Assembly (NCBI GenBank): GCA_963783885.1
Contig: CAWAPJ010000029.1
Location: forward strand, 32,001-96,000
Direction of reading: 5' to 3'
Origin: Waddliaceae bacterium
Lineage (GTDB): Bacteria; Chlamydiota; Chlamydiia; Chlamydiales; SLFE01
DNA length: 64,000 bases
Shown: positions 49,016-58,207 of the stretch, piece by piece
Position numbering within the stretch: the first letter of the stretch is position 1
Layout of the letters: every line of letters begins with the position of its first letter
Translations under genes and position numbers: made by a program
Notes under the pieces: generated by a model
What the model was told of the DNA's origin: nothing
Database searches by the model: none
Seen by the model: only the letters and a program-made list of their open reading frames with translations

Positions 49016-50356
49016 TCAAGCTTGATAAACATTTTCTTTTCGGGGTAAAAAATTTCGCGTATCGACAGTGGGAATGCCGTAGGATAAAATCTCGTCGGCA
49101 CAAAAGCAGCTGTGTTTTGTCGCGATCACAAAACAGTCGTATTGATCTGACAAGGGACGGCTTTTCCTTCCGGCCAGCTTCGGGTAGCGCCGGGTCGGGG
49201 GAAGTTCGGGAAAGTAGGGGTCGTGAAAGTCGACAAGGGCGCCTTTTTGTTCCATCAGCCGTATCAACTCGAGACTGGGGCTTTCCCTCATGTCATCGAC
49301 GTCTTCTTTGTAGGAGAGGCCGAGAATTAAAATTTTTGCCCCTCTCATCGCTTTTCCATAGTCATTGAGGCAGTCCTGCACTTTCCCGATAACATAATGG
49401 GGCATGTTTCGATTGATTTCTCCGGCCAGTTCGATAAACCGCGTGGCTGCGCCGCATTCCCGGGCTTTCCATGAGAGGTAAAAAGGATCGATCGGTATGC
49501 AATGCCCTCCAAGGCCCGGCCCCGGCCAAAAAGGCATAAAGCCGAAAGGCTTTGTCGCTGCCGCGTGGATGACCTCCCAGACATCGATCCCCATTTTATC
49601 GAGAATGATCTTCATTTCGTTGACCAAAGCGATATTGACGCTGCGAAAAATATTTTCAAACAGCTTGGCCGCTTCGGCCGCCTCGGCAGAGCTTAAGGGA
49701 ATGACCTCGTCGACGATCAAGGAATAAAGCTCGACACCCAGATCGGTCGATGCTTCGTCCACCCCTCCCACTAGTTTCGGGGTATTTTTGGTTTTAAAAT
49801 CCTTGTTTCCCGGGTCTTCTCTTTCAGGACTGAAGCAAAGATGCAAATTTCGGCCGGTTTTGAGCCTTCCCCCTTTCTCCAGAATAGCTTGAACGACCTC
49901 CCGGGTTGTTCCCGGCCAGGTTGTGCTTTCCAAAGAGACAAGGGTACCCGCTTTTAGATACGGGGCGATCGACTCAGAGGTGCTGGTAATATAAGAAAGG
50001 TCGGGCTCCAAGTGTTCTGTCAAGGGAGTCGGGACGCAGATGATGACAGCGTCGCAGCTAGAAATTTGAGAAAAGTCCGAGGTTGCGGATAAAAACCCCC
50101 TCTTTCTGACAGTTTTCAACCGGTTTTCATCGATGGTGTGGATATAGTTTCGATTGTTCGAAAGGTCGTCGATTTTCTGCTCGTCAATATCGAATCCAAT
50201 AACGTGAATATCTGATTCAGAATAAGTTAAGGCTAGAGGATAGCCGACATATCCAAGGCCCACGATACCCACGGTCAATTCCTTGGAGCGGATTTTTTGA
50301 TGTGAGATGCCCGATGTTTCAGGCAGCCGGCAGTTTGTCAATGCGGTCGCGGTCAT
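49016..50356 (-). CDS. wbpA: UDP-N-acetylglucosamine 6-dehydrogenase (WbpA-like)
   Basis: GLGYVG, CVPTP, FSPEREDPGN, GPGLGGHCIPIDP, DDMRESP. Confidence 0.85.
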   Translation of the reverse strand: MTATALTNCRLPETSGISHQKIRSKELTVGIVGLGYVGYPLALTYSESDIHVIGFDIDEQKIDDLSNNRNYIHTIDENRLKTVRKRGFLSATSDFSQISSCDAVIICVPTPLTEHLEPDLSYITSTSESIAPYLKAGTLVSLESTTWPGTTREVVQAILEKGGRLKTGRNLHLCFSPEREDPGNKDFKTKNTPKLVGGVDEASTDLGVELYSLIVDEVIPLSSAEAAEAAKLFENIFRSVNIALVNEMKIILDKMGIDVWEVIHAAATKPFGFMPFWPGPGLGGHCIPIDPFYLSWKARECGAATRFIELAGEINRNMPHYVIGKVQDCLNDYGKAMRGAKILILGLSYKEDVDDMRESPSLELIRLMEQKGALVDFHDPYFPELPPTRRYPKLAGRKSRPLSDQYDCFVIATKHSCFCADEILSYGIPTVDTRNFLPRKENVYQA

Positions 50357-50521
50357 AGGAAAAAGTCACCTCAAAATGAGATACCACATTATCAATTTCC
50401 GGGTTATTCCTCAAGGGAAATGAGAAAATCGGTTGGCTAAAAGAAACTGTTGTTTTGACATATCCCCCATGGATAATTCCAGAAAATCCTTTAATTTATC
50501 CTATCCAAGTAAAACATTGAG

Positions 50522-51142
50522 CTAACAAGTCACTTGCAAATTTTGGTTTGCCGGGTAGCAGGGGTGGAGCATGATCTTTTCGACGGCTTCTGAATGGGGC
50601 CCGTTTTTGGTGAAAATATCGTTGGATTCGATGCTAATCAGCTTCTCTTGGCAGGAGAAGGGGAGCGTGTCAATGTATTCTCTAAAAAGGTCCCGGATGC
50701 GGTTTCGATAGACAATCCCTGAGTCGCGCACGGCGTCGACGGCGAAATTGTCGGTATCGCTTGAGGGTTCGACGAGGATAAGCAAATCATATTCCGTCTC
50801 GAGCCATTGCAAGGCAGCTTCTTTCAGCTTATCGTAATAGGGATGAGGGGTGTTTCTGTCGTGCCAGTAAACTATGGGGTCGAGCGAGCAGCGGTCCATA
50901 ACGGCGACCTCGAACTGCTGGGCTTTGACATGTAGTTCTGCGCGGATCTGGGTGTGGATCATCCAGACCTCCGTATCGATTGTGGCCGCTTCATTAATGG
51001 GAAATGGGCAGGACCGGGCCTTTTCTTCGACGATGGAAGCATTAAAATTACTTTCTTTTAACGCAACGCAAAGCTGATGTGTCAATGTGGTTTTTCCAAC
51101 GCCATGCGTTCCGGTTATGGCAATCTTTTTCATGGGCAGCAT
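50522..51142 (-). CDS. P-loop nucleotide-kinase-like protein (AAA_28 type)
   Basis: KIAITGTHGVGKTTL Walker A; MDRCSLD; D.VRD. Confidence 0.75.
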   Translation of the reverse strand: MLPMKKIAITGTHGVGKTTLTHQLCVALKESNFNASIVEEKARSCPFPINEAATIDTEVWMIHTQIRAELHVKAQQFEVAVMDRCSLDPIVYWHDRNTPHPYYDKLKEAALQWLETEYDLLILVEPSSDTDNFAVDAVRDSGIVYRNRIRDLFREYIDTLPFSCQEKLISIESNDIFTKNGPHSEAVEKIMLHPCYPANQNLQVTC

Positions 51143-51182
51143 CCCGGGTTTATTGAAAATTCAGCTTATACAACTTTTACTG

Positions 51183-52223
51183 TTAAAATGTCATGGCTTT
51201 TTTGAGTTTTTCCCGAATGAAAGAGTTCGATTCTTTGAAGGGTTCCATCTGATGATTAACCCTCCAGAAAACAACATCTGCCAACAAGTTCCAGTCTTTC
51301 TCGATTTTTTTTGAAGGGATTAACTCGCATCTCTTTTTAAACTCCACCTCCCTTTTCTTTGAATAACAGCGAAAAAGATAATGGAGATTTTCGGTTTGTT
51401 GGGGAAAGGCAATAATTGGTCCTTTTAAGCTTAAGTAATCGGCAGTCTCTTTTAAAAAGGTTTTTAATTCATCAGTCTTGCCGATTTCAATAGGTCCCCA
51501 TTCGGTGGCGATGTGAAAGGTGCCTCCTTCGCCCTTTTCGACACCAATAGCGCCGCTTTTTTTGACCTGGGGCCCCATTGCATTGGGACCTTTCAGGTAG
51601 GTTTGATGGATTTGAGAGGTTCTTTGAGATGGAGGAAGTCTTCTTGAGAGAAGAACTCGCAATTTGATGACTTCGACAAGGTAGGGAATTTTTCCCTTGA
51701 GTTCCGGAGGAAGGGCGTTTTCAGCTTCTTCGATTCCTTCGAGTTTGGAGAAGTGTCCCAATTCGAGGGATTTGAGTTCTTCTACTTCCCAGACTTTTTG
51801 AGTCTTTTGCAGTACCTCCAAGGGGTCGTAGTTGATCAAATTTAAAATGGGGCGGATTTTCCCGCAGAGCTTAGAGTATTTGACGATTGGCAAGGCTGCC
51901 GGATGTTCGGCATAGGGACCTACCAGGTCAATCTCGGGTTTAATGGTTCTGGCAACATAAGGGACCAGTCCCCGATTGCTGACATCTTCAGTTATGCGGC
52001 ATATGGTCTTGCCGGGCAAAATCCTGTCGTCTCCGGGCGTTCCATAAGGAGCGTTAATAATCGTTGTTATAAGGGGAGGATTTTTCAGGGCAGAGCAGGT
52101 TGCTTGATGAACGCAAAGTTTATTATTGGCTATGGCGTCTGTCGCTTGGTGTTCTCGAAACTTGAAATAACCGCAGCTTGCAGCTCCTATGCCAAGAAAG
52201 ACCCCGGCTCCATTTTTAAGCAT
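51183..52223 (-). CDS. Hypothetical protein with a short N-terminal hydrophobic segment
   Basis: ATG at 52223 with GGAGG RBS; no recognised motif. Confidence 0.65.
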   Translation of the reverse strand: MLKNGAGVFLGIGAASCGYFKFREHQATDAIANNKLCVHQATCSALKNPPLITTIINAPYGTPGDDRILPGKTICRITEDVSNRGLVPYVARTIKPEIDLVGPYAEHPAALPIVKYSKLCGKIRPILNLINYDPLEVLQKTQKVWEVEELKSLELGHFSKLEGIEEAENALPPELKGKIPYLVEVIKLRVLLSRRLPPSQRTSQIHQTYLKGPNAMGPQVKKSGAIGVEKGEGGTFHIATEWGPIEIGKTDELKTFLKETADYLSLKGPIIAFPQQTENLHYLFRCYSKKREVEFKKRCELIPSKKIEKDWNLLADVVFWRVNHQMEPFKESNSFIREKLKKAMTF

Positions 52224-52452
52224 AATAACCTCCAAGGTGATTGTCATAATTATGTTCATACCTTTATCATTTAACGCAAATGAAAGCGTTGATTAGCAGT
52301 TATAAAGATTTAGACCGGCAACTCAGGGTATGTTGTCAGATTCGGCGGATTTTGGACGGGAAAAATTCCATAAGGACTCTTGGTCTGATAGTTTTCCTTT
52401 TTCCTGGGGAGAAGTATTTCAAATTAATAGTGGAAATGAAGGAGCCGGCTCT

Positions 52453-54285
52453 ATGTGCGGGATAGCAGCCTTGTTCGGCCTGGGCAATGATTTAAGCGTT
52501 ATCGATGAAATGACCGATATCGCAAGCCACCGGGGCCCTGATGATCGGGGAGTGCAGCTGTTCCAGGGAGCCGCTTTAGGGCATCGCCGCCTCTCCATTC
52601 TCGATTTAACCGAGCATGGCCATCAGCCAATGGCCTCTCATTGCGGCAGGTTTCATATTGTTTACAACGGCGAGATTTACAATTACAAAGAACTCAAAAG
52701 GGAGCTTGAAGGAAAAGGAGTCTGCTTTTCTTCTCATTCGGATACAGAAGTTCTCCTAAACGCCTTTTGCGAGTGGGGGAAGGATTGCCTTCACAAGCTG
52801 AACGGGATGTTCGCTTTTGTCATTTATGACAAAGAGCAAAGACGTTTTTTTGCCGCAAGGGACCGCTTTGGCATCAAGCCTCTTTATTACTGGATTTCCC
52901 CTGCAGGGCTGATCGCTTTCGCATCGGAAATCAAGCAATTTACCGCTCTTGAAGGATGGAGGCCCAGACTGAATCATCAGCTTGCCTATGATTTTCTCAA
53001 TTGGGGGGTTCACGACCACACATCCGGAACTCTGTTTTCCGGTGTGAACCAATTGAGAGGGGGTGAATATGCCCAAGGATCAATTGGCGAGTCTGAAATT
53101 TGCCCAAAAAAATGGTACGTTTTAAAAACCCGGGGTCTAAAGATGTCCCCCGATGAAATCGCCAAGACTTATAGAGAGCTCCTTGCCGATTCGATAAGGC
53201 TGAGGCTAAGGGCTGATGTCTCGATCGGCTCCTGTCTTTCGGGAGGGCTCGATTCCTCCTCGATCGTCTGTCTGGTCGCAAAACAGCTACAATCACAGCA
53301 GGCAGCAGAGAAGCAGAAGACATTTTCCGCCTGTTCTCATGTTGAGCGGTTCGATGAAAAACGGTTTATCGACATCGTGATCGAAAAAACGGGGCACCGG
53401 GCGCACTTTATCTATCCGGATATCGAAGATCTTTTTCGCGAGCTTGACTCCATCATATGGCATCAGGACGAACCGTTTGGTTCAACCAGTATTTTTGCCC
53501 AGTGGGAGGTATTCAAGCTGGCAAAAAGGGAGCAGACAAAAGTTCTTCTCGACGGACAGGGGGCCGATGAGCAGCTTGGAGGGTATACGTCCTCATACGG
53601 TTTTCATTTTTATAATCTCTATCGCTGCATGAGGTGGTTAAAACTGTGGCAGGAAATGAGGCTTTCCCGGCCGACTCTTGGTTCGACGCTTCCTTTTAAG
53701 ATGCTCGGAGCAAGAGTTTTGCCTGAAGTGGTGAAGCGTCCGCTTAGCAAGCTGTATCGACGGCCGGCAAGACGTCCCGAATGGTTGAATTTAAACATTC
53801 TCTTAGCAGATGACGTCTCGCCGTTTTTGTCTTTAGAAAGAAGCGGGCTGAAAGATTATTGCCAAACGATGATCGCCTCGTCCAGCCTGCCGATGCTTCT
53901 CCATTATGAAGACCGCGACTCTATGGCATCATCAGTCGAGGCGAGGACGCCGTTTCTCGATTACCGGCTTGTGGAATTTGTTTTGGATCTTCCTTCCGAA
54001 TGGCTGCTCGATCAGGGGACAACCAAAAGAGTTTTGCGCGAAGCTATGAAAGGGATCCTTCCTTCGGAGATTCTCGCCCGGCGGGATAAGATCGGCTTTG
54101 CCACTCCCGAAGAGGTGTGGGCTCGCCATCCCGGCTTCTGCCATCTTCTTGAACAAGGGATCGCTTGTTCACAAGGGATGGTTACCCCTTCAGTCCTTAG
54201 TGATTTTGGGAGGGTGTTTACGGCTCGGTATTGGCGTATCATTAGTTTTGGCAGGTGGATGGAGCTTTTCAAAGTGAGGCTTTAG
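52453..54285 (+). CDS. asnB: Asparagine synthase (glutamine-hydrolysing)-family amidotransferase, polysaccharide-associated type
   Basis: MCGIA start at 52453, HRGPD, LSGGLDSS, LDGQGADE, EARTPFLD. Confidence 0.88.
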   Translation: MCGIAALFGLGNDLSVIDEMTDIASHRGPDDRGVQLFQGAALGHRRLSILDLTEHGHQPMASHCGRFHIVYNGEIYNYKELKRELEGKGVCFSSHSDTEVLLNAFCEWGKDCLHKLNGMFAFVIYDKEQRRFFAARDRFGIKPLYYWISPAGLIAFASEIKQFTALEGWRPRLNHQLAYDFLNWGVHDHTSGTLFSGVNQLRGGEYAQGSIGESEICPKKWYVLKTRGLKMSPDEIAKTYRELLADSIRLRLRADVSIGSCLSGGLDSSSIVCLVAKQLQSQQAAEKQKTFSACSHVERFDEKRFIDIVIEKTGHRAHFIYPDIEDLFRELDSIIWHQDEPFGSTSIFAQWEVFKLAKREQTKVLLDGQGADEQLGGYTSSYGFHFYNLYRCMRWLKLWQEMRLSRPTLGSTLPFKMLGARVLPEVVKRPLSKLYRRPARRPEWLNLNILLADDVSPFLSLERSGLKDYCQTMIASSSLPMLLHYEDRDSMASSVEARTPFLDYRLVEFVLDLPSEWLLDQGTTKRVLREAMKGILPSEILARRDKIGFATPEEVWARHPGFCHLLEQGIACSQGMVTPSVLSDFGRVFTARYWRIISFGRWMELFKVRL

Positions 54286-55488
54286 AAATTCAACAATCTG
54301 GAGGGCAGTGATGCGTTCTTCCCTTTTCAGCTTCCAGCAGCGCCACAGAAGATATTTTAGGATATCGTCCTCGGGGGGTTCTTTCATTTGTTTGAGATAT
54401 GCTTCGAGGTTGCTTCGATATTGCCTATAGGCGTATTCCAGTTTGTAACGCATCTGATACTTGTAGGCTTCTTGAAATCTATCGGCATCTTTCAACCATG
54501 CGGGTTCTTTCTCTCCGAGAAGCCTATAGATGACCCAGCCAAGGCTCCAAATATCCATAGCAAATGGATTGGCTATAAATTTATTGTAAAGTTCCGGGTA
54601 AAAGAAGTGTTCAAAGAGCTCGGGAGGCCAGTAGCCAATTGTTCCTCCGATGCCGAGTGCAACTTTTACTTGAGTCAAGTGGCGCGCTTGTCCGAAGCCG
54701 TCAAGTTTGACGACTATGCGCCCTTCTATAAGAGAAATCAGAGTATTTTCAACGCTTACATTGCCGTGAAGGTCTCCTCTGGAGTGCATATGATGGAGCA
54801 GGCCGGCAATTTGATAGACGATCGAAAGTTTATCCTGCAGAGACAAAGGTATTTCCTTGTCTTTGATGACATCGAACAAATCACGCTGCAGCAGTTCGCT
54901 GATTTCCATATGCTTTACATGAGCTTGTTTCTTGATAGTTCCGATATAGGGAAATTCATGGAAAAGTTTGGGAATCTGCGCACTTTGATATTTTTTTCGA
55001 TATGTCATTTCCCTATCGATCCTGTTTAGCTCTATTGACCCGTCTCGGTTAGGAAGACAAATAGATTTGGTTTTTTTTATCAGAAGAGTTAATTGAGGCT
55101 TGTCCGAAAAATCAAAACAGAGCATGGGTTTGAAGCTTTTTTCCGAAGGATTTTTAGGGTCTTTTTTCTTGAGTCCAATTTTAGAAAGATATCCAAAAGC
55201 CTCGCGGAAGTTTTCGCTGATGATTGAAAGATTGCCGTTGATTCTGTCGATATCGGCTGTTTTCAGCATAATGCAGAGCTTTTTTTCTTGCGGAAGAACA
55301 ATGCAGGTTCTTTTTATTTGCTTTTCAAGCCTATTGAAGACAATCGGATCTTCATTGTCTTCAATACTTACTGTTCTTTGGTAGAGATTGTAAATTCTTT
55401 TGAAGTCCGGTTGATTGAGCTGGGGTAAAAGGAGGCCTGCTAGACGATAAAATTCGTCAAAAGTTTTCGGCGGTTGATTACAGACCAT
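54190..55488 (-). CDS. Ser/Thr kinase-fold protein, probable pseudokinase
   Basis: LHGNVSVEN in place of HRDxKxxN; KLDGFG; GGTIGYWPPE; DIWSLG; ERITA. Confidence 0.75.
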   Translation of the reverse strand: MVCNQPPKTFDEFYRLAGLLLPQLNQPDFKRIYNLYQRTVSIEDNEDPIVFNRLEKQIKRTCIVLPQEKKLCIMLKTADIDRINGNLSIISENFREAFGYLSKIGLKKKDPKNPSEKSFKPMLCFDFSDKPQLTLLIKKTKSICLPNRDGSIELNRIDREMTYRKKYQSAQIPKLFHEFPYIGTIKKQAHVKHMEISELLQRDLFDVIKDKEIPLSLQDKLSIVYQIAGLLHHMHSRGDLHGNVSVENTLISLIEGRIVVKLDGFGQARHLTQVKVALGIGGTIGYWPPELFEHFFYPELYNKFIANPFAMDIWSLGWVIYRLLGEKEPAWLKDADRFQEAYKYQMRYKLEYAYRQYRSNLEAYLKQMKEPPEDDILKYLLWRCWKLKREERITALQIVEFLKPHFEKLHPPAKTNDTPIPSRKHPPKITKD

Positions 55489-55494
55489 AGGACA

Positions 55495-56784
55495 TCACAC
55501 AATGTATCGTTCCCACGCGCCATAGCGTTCTTTAATTTTGCCGCGGGGGAAGGTTAACGCAATCAAAAGCAACCCTACAATAATGTGGCTTATCAGTCCA
55601 CCCCCATGAGAAAAGAAGAGCAAAAAGAAAGCAAAAATCCCGAAAAACAGATTGATAAAACGTGCCGCTCTGACCACTTCTGCCATGGAAATGATGGAGA
55701 TGGCCACGACCAAAGCTCCGATAATGTGGTCCAGATCTCCCACTAGTTTCGGCTCGTCCAGAACATGCGGCGAAAACATCAGCCAAAGTCCCAGGATCGC
55801 TGTTAACCACAGGTTCCAGGGGAAGCTTATCCCCCAAATCATCGAGCCTGCCATTTTATACGAAGCGACAGAAGGGGTTCTGCTGTCGGTTTCTTCACCC
55901 TCGGCATGGCCGCCGCGCCAAAAGACTTTTGAGAAGTTTCCTTTCTTTTTCGCTTGGTGGAGAAAGTGGAGGACAGCGATCACTTCATCGATGGCAAGAG
56001 CAATCATAAAGAGCATGCACACTGCGGTGAGCAGGCACCAGAAGCACCAGTGGCCAACCATAATCGGCTGAAGCATAATCAGCACAATGCTTGTAAAACC
56101 GAGAGGAACGACCAGGATCGCAAAAAGAACAACGAACCAAGGGATTGTATGCCATCTTTTCACCCCTCCATGCGCTCCCATAAGAGTTTCTATTGTGTAG
56201 GCCATAGCGCCAAGCCCTGCGTCAGCAACAGGAAATTCTTTTGACACTGTAGACGTAATCACATCCCGGGTGCCGTTTCCAAAGACAGGGTCGTAGACGT
56301 TGTCCAGGTATCCCAGCTGATAGCAGGCCATGTAGCGGGCGAACATCCAGGCAAAGAATCCCAGGAAGATAATCGGAATTCTTTGCGGCCAGGAAGAGGG
56401 GTTGTAGGACCACCCTTCGGGAATTGAAGCGCCCCCCACAGCCTCTTCGATGGGGTCTCTAGGGATGAGTACGGCAAGAGCGATCACTAAAGCGCCTACA
56501 AGAGTATCATTCAAATAGGTAACCGCCTCAGGAGCCCAGAAAGCAAGCGGAGCGAACTGCAGCCAAACCGCGACAACCGACAGGGCCCATCTTGGCCATA
56601 TTTGCCTGAAGGTGAGGTCGTAGAGGCTGATCACAATCAGCAGGATTCCGCAGACAATATCGCTCACAGCCATCGGCAGGCTGTGCTGCGTGAATGAAAA
56701 GGTGCAGGCGATCAGCCAAAGCCCCAGTCCGATAACCGCATAATGGGTCCAGAAACTTTTATTTTGATGTAAATTATTTTGCAT
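55495..56784 (-). CDS. Vitamin K epoxide reductase (VKOR) family membrane protein with SPW-type repeats
   Basis: GWSYNPSSWPQR, FPVADAGLG, WCFWC CxxC; GLWL..SP-type repeats. Confidence 0.85.
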   Translation of the reverse strand: MQNNLHQNKSFWTHYAVIGLGLWLIACTFSFTQHSLPMAVSDIVCGILLIVISLYDLTFRQIWPRWALSVVAVWLQFAPLAFWAPEAVTYLNDTLVGALVIALAVLIPRDPIEEAVGGASIPEGWSYNPSSWPQRIPIIFLGFFAWMFARYMACYQLGYLDNVYDPVFGNGTRDVITSTVSKEFPVADAGLGAMAYTIETLMGAHGGVKRWHTIPWFVVLFAILVVPLGFTSIVLIMLQPIMVGHWCFWCLLTAVCMLFMIALAIDEVIAVLHFLHQAKKKGNFSKVFWRGGHAEGEETDSRTPSVASYKMAGSMIWGISFPWNLWLTAILGLWLMFSPHVLDEPKLVGDLDHIIGALVVAISIISMAEVVRAARFINLFFGIFAFFLLFFSHGGGLISHIIVGLLLIALTFPRGKIKERYGAWERYIV

Positions 56785-57865
56785 GGGCTTGAATGTGTTT
56801 TTTTATGTGTTCTGCCATTTGTAATCCGTTTTCCTCATACCATTTTATGGGATCGTTTTTCAGCGGCTCCAGCATTACCGGAAGCGAATCCTTGATAAAA
56901 TGTTTGGGAGTCCATCCAAGCACTTCTTTGGCTTTGGTAATATCAAGGGCGTAGTGGTCGTCTGCCAGATCGATCATCCAGGGCTGAACAAAATCATCGC
57001 TGAAGAAGGGAAGGTGCTCTTCGATCCAGGCTCCTTCTTTTGCCAGCCATTTTGGAAGCCGGAGAATGTGGAAGTCTTTGTGTTCTAAAATTTCCGAGAT
57101 CGTGTACTGGAGGTCTTTGTAGCTGACGGTTTTGTCCTCGCCGATAATGACGACGAAGGGGTTCGGCAGTTTATCCTTTTTCTGAATAGACAGCTCAAAG
57201 GCGTCGACTAAATCGTCTAAGTGGAGGAAGGGGTTTCCGTGAGACGTATCGCCCGGGAAAAGGTGGGCGTTCAACTGGTGTTCATAAATCCGTTGAATAT
57301 TGTGGGATATGGGAATCGAGTGGCACCAGTCGTCATAGCATCCGGCGATTTGCATGATTACGGCCGGGATGTCGCCATGAAGCTCGTGAATGACTTTTTC
57401 GGTTTTGACCTTGGACTTTGGATAATCCCACTTAGGCTCGACAGGAGAATTTTCGTTGATGGTTTCGCCGACCTCGCAAGGTTTGTAGATGAGAAGGGTG
57501 CTGGAAAATGTGAACTGGTCGACTTTGTCGAATTTTTCATTCAGCCCTTGAAGCATCCGCCTTGTCCCTTGAACTGTGATGGAGTCGTAGAGTTCGGGTT
57601 TTTGATTGGAAAACGAGTAGTAGGCTGCCAAATGGATGACGGGGCCGATTTCCGCGCCGTATTTGTTTCTTACCTGATCAAGGGCGTCGTTCACACTTTC
57701 GTCTGAAGAAATATCCATGTTAATATGGTGCATTTTCTTTTCGTGGGGATGTTCTTTGCGGTCGAATCCCACAACTTGATAATCATCTGCAAAGCGGTGG
57801 ACACAGAGCCTGCCGATCCTGCCGCTCGCGCCTGTAATCAACATGACTTTCTTATCTTTAGCCAT
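56774..57865 (-). CDS. NAD-dependent epimerase/dehydratase family protein (VKOR-associated type)
   Basis: ITGASGRIG, HLAAYY, YPKSK, PWMIDLADDHY. Confidence 0.85.
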   Translation of the reverse strand: MAKDKKVMLITGASGRIGRLCVHRFADDYQVVGFDRKEHPHEKKMHHINMDISSDESVNDALDQVRNKYGAEIGPVIHLAAYYSFSNQKPELYDSITVQGTRRMLQGLNEKFDKVDQFTFSSTLLIYKPCEVGETINENSPVEPKWDYPKSKVKTEKVIHELHGDIPAVIMQIAGCYDDWCHSIPISHNIQRIYEHQLNAHLFPGDTSHGNPFLHLDDLVDAFELSIQKKDKLPNPFVVIIGEDKTVSYKDLQYTISEILEHKDFHILRLPKWLAKEGAWIEEHLPFFSDDFVQPWMIDLADDHYALDITKAKEVLGWTPKHFIKDSLPVMLEPLKNDPIKWYEENGLQMAEHIKKHIQAHAK

Positions 57866-57960
57866 TTCTCAACCTCAATACATTCAATGGTTTAAAATTA
57901 ATTGAAATTTTTCTCTACTAATTTTTTCTATAAGTGATTTTTTGAAATGAGGCAAGGGAT

Positions 57961-57995
57961 AAAAAAAAGCCCTGAATATCCTTGATATTCAGGGC
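57961..57995 (-). terminator. Intrinsic terminator of tRNA-Ser
   Basis: GCCCTGAATATC/GATATTCAGGGC 12-bp stem followed by T8 on the minus strand. Confidence 0.9.
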
Positions 57996-57999
57996 GATA

Positions 58000-58086
58000 C
58001 GGAAAGAGAGGGATTCGAACCCTCGATACCCTTACGGGTATACGTCCTTAGCAGGGACGCGCCTTCGGCCGCTCGGCCATCTTTCC
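58000..58086 (-). tRNA. tRNA-Ser (GCT)
   Basis: GGAAAGATGGCCGAGCGG...CGTCC-CTGCTAA-GGACG, long variable arm, GGTTCGAATCC; CCA not encoded. Confidence 0.96.
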
Positions 58087-58207
58087 CTAAGCAAAGAACA
58101 CCTATTCTATACGACATCTTTGATTTTGGGCAAGTAGGTCGCGATACCCTCGAGATAAAAATTTTGTTAGTTAGTTAACTTGATAGAGTCATAGATAGTG
58201 TGAAAAA

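Noticed and set aside
55495..56784. VKOR protein as the missing DoxX-like redox partner of the MNIO system
   Set aside because: About 21 kb away and in its own operon; nothing in the sequence links them
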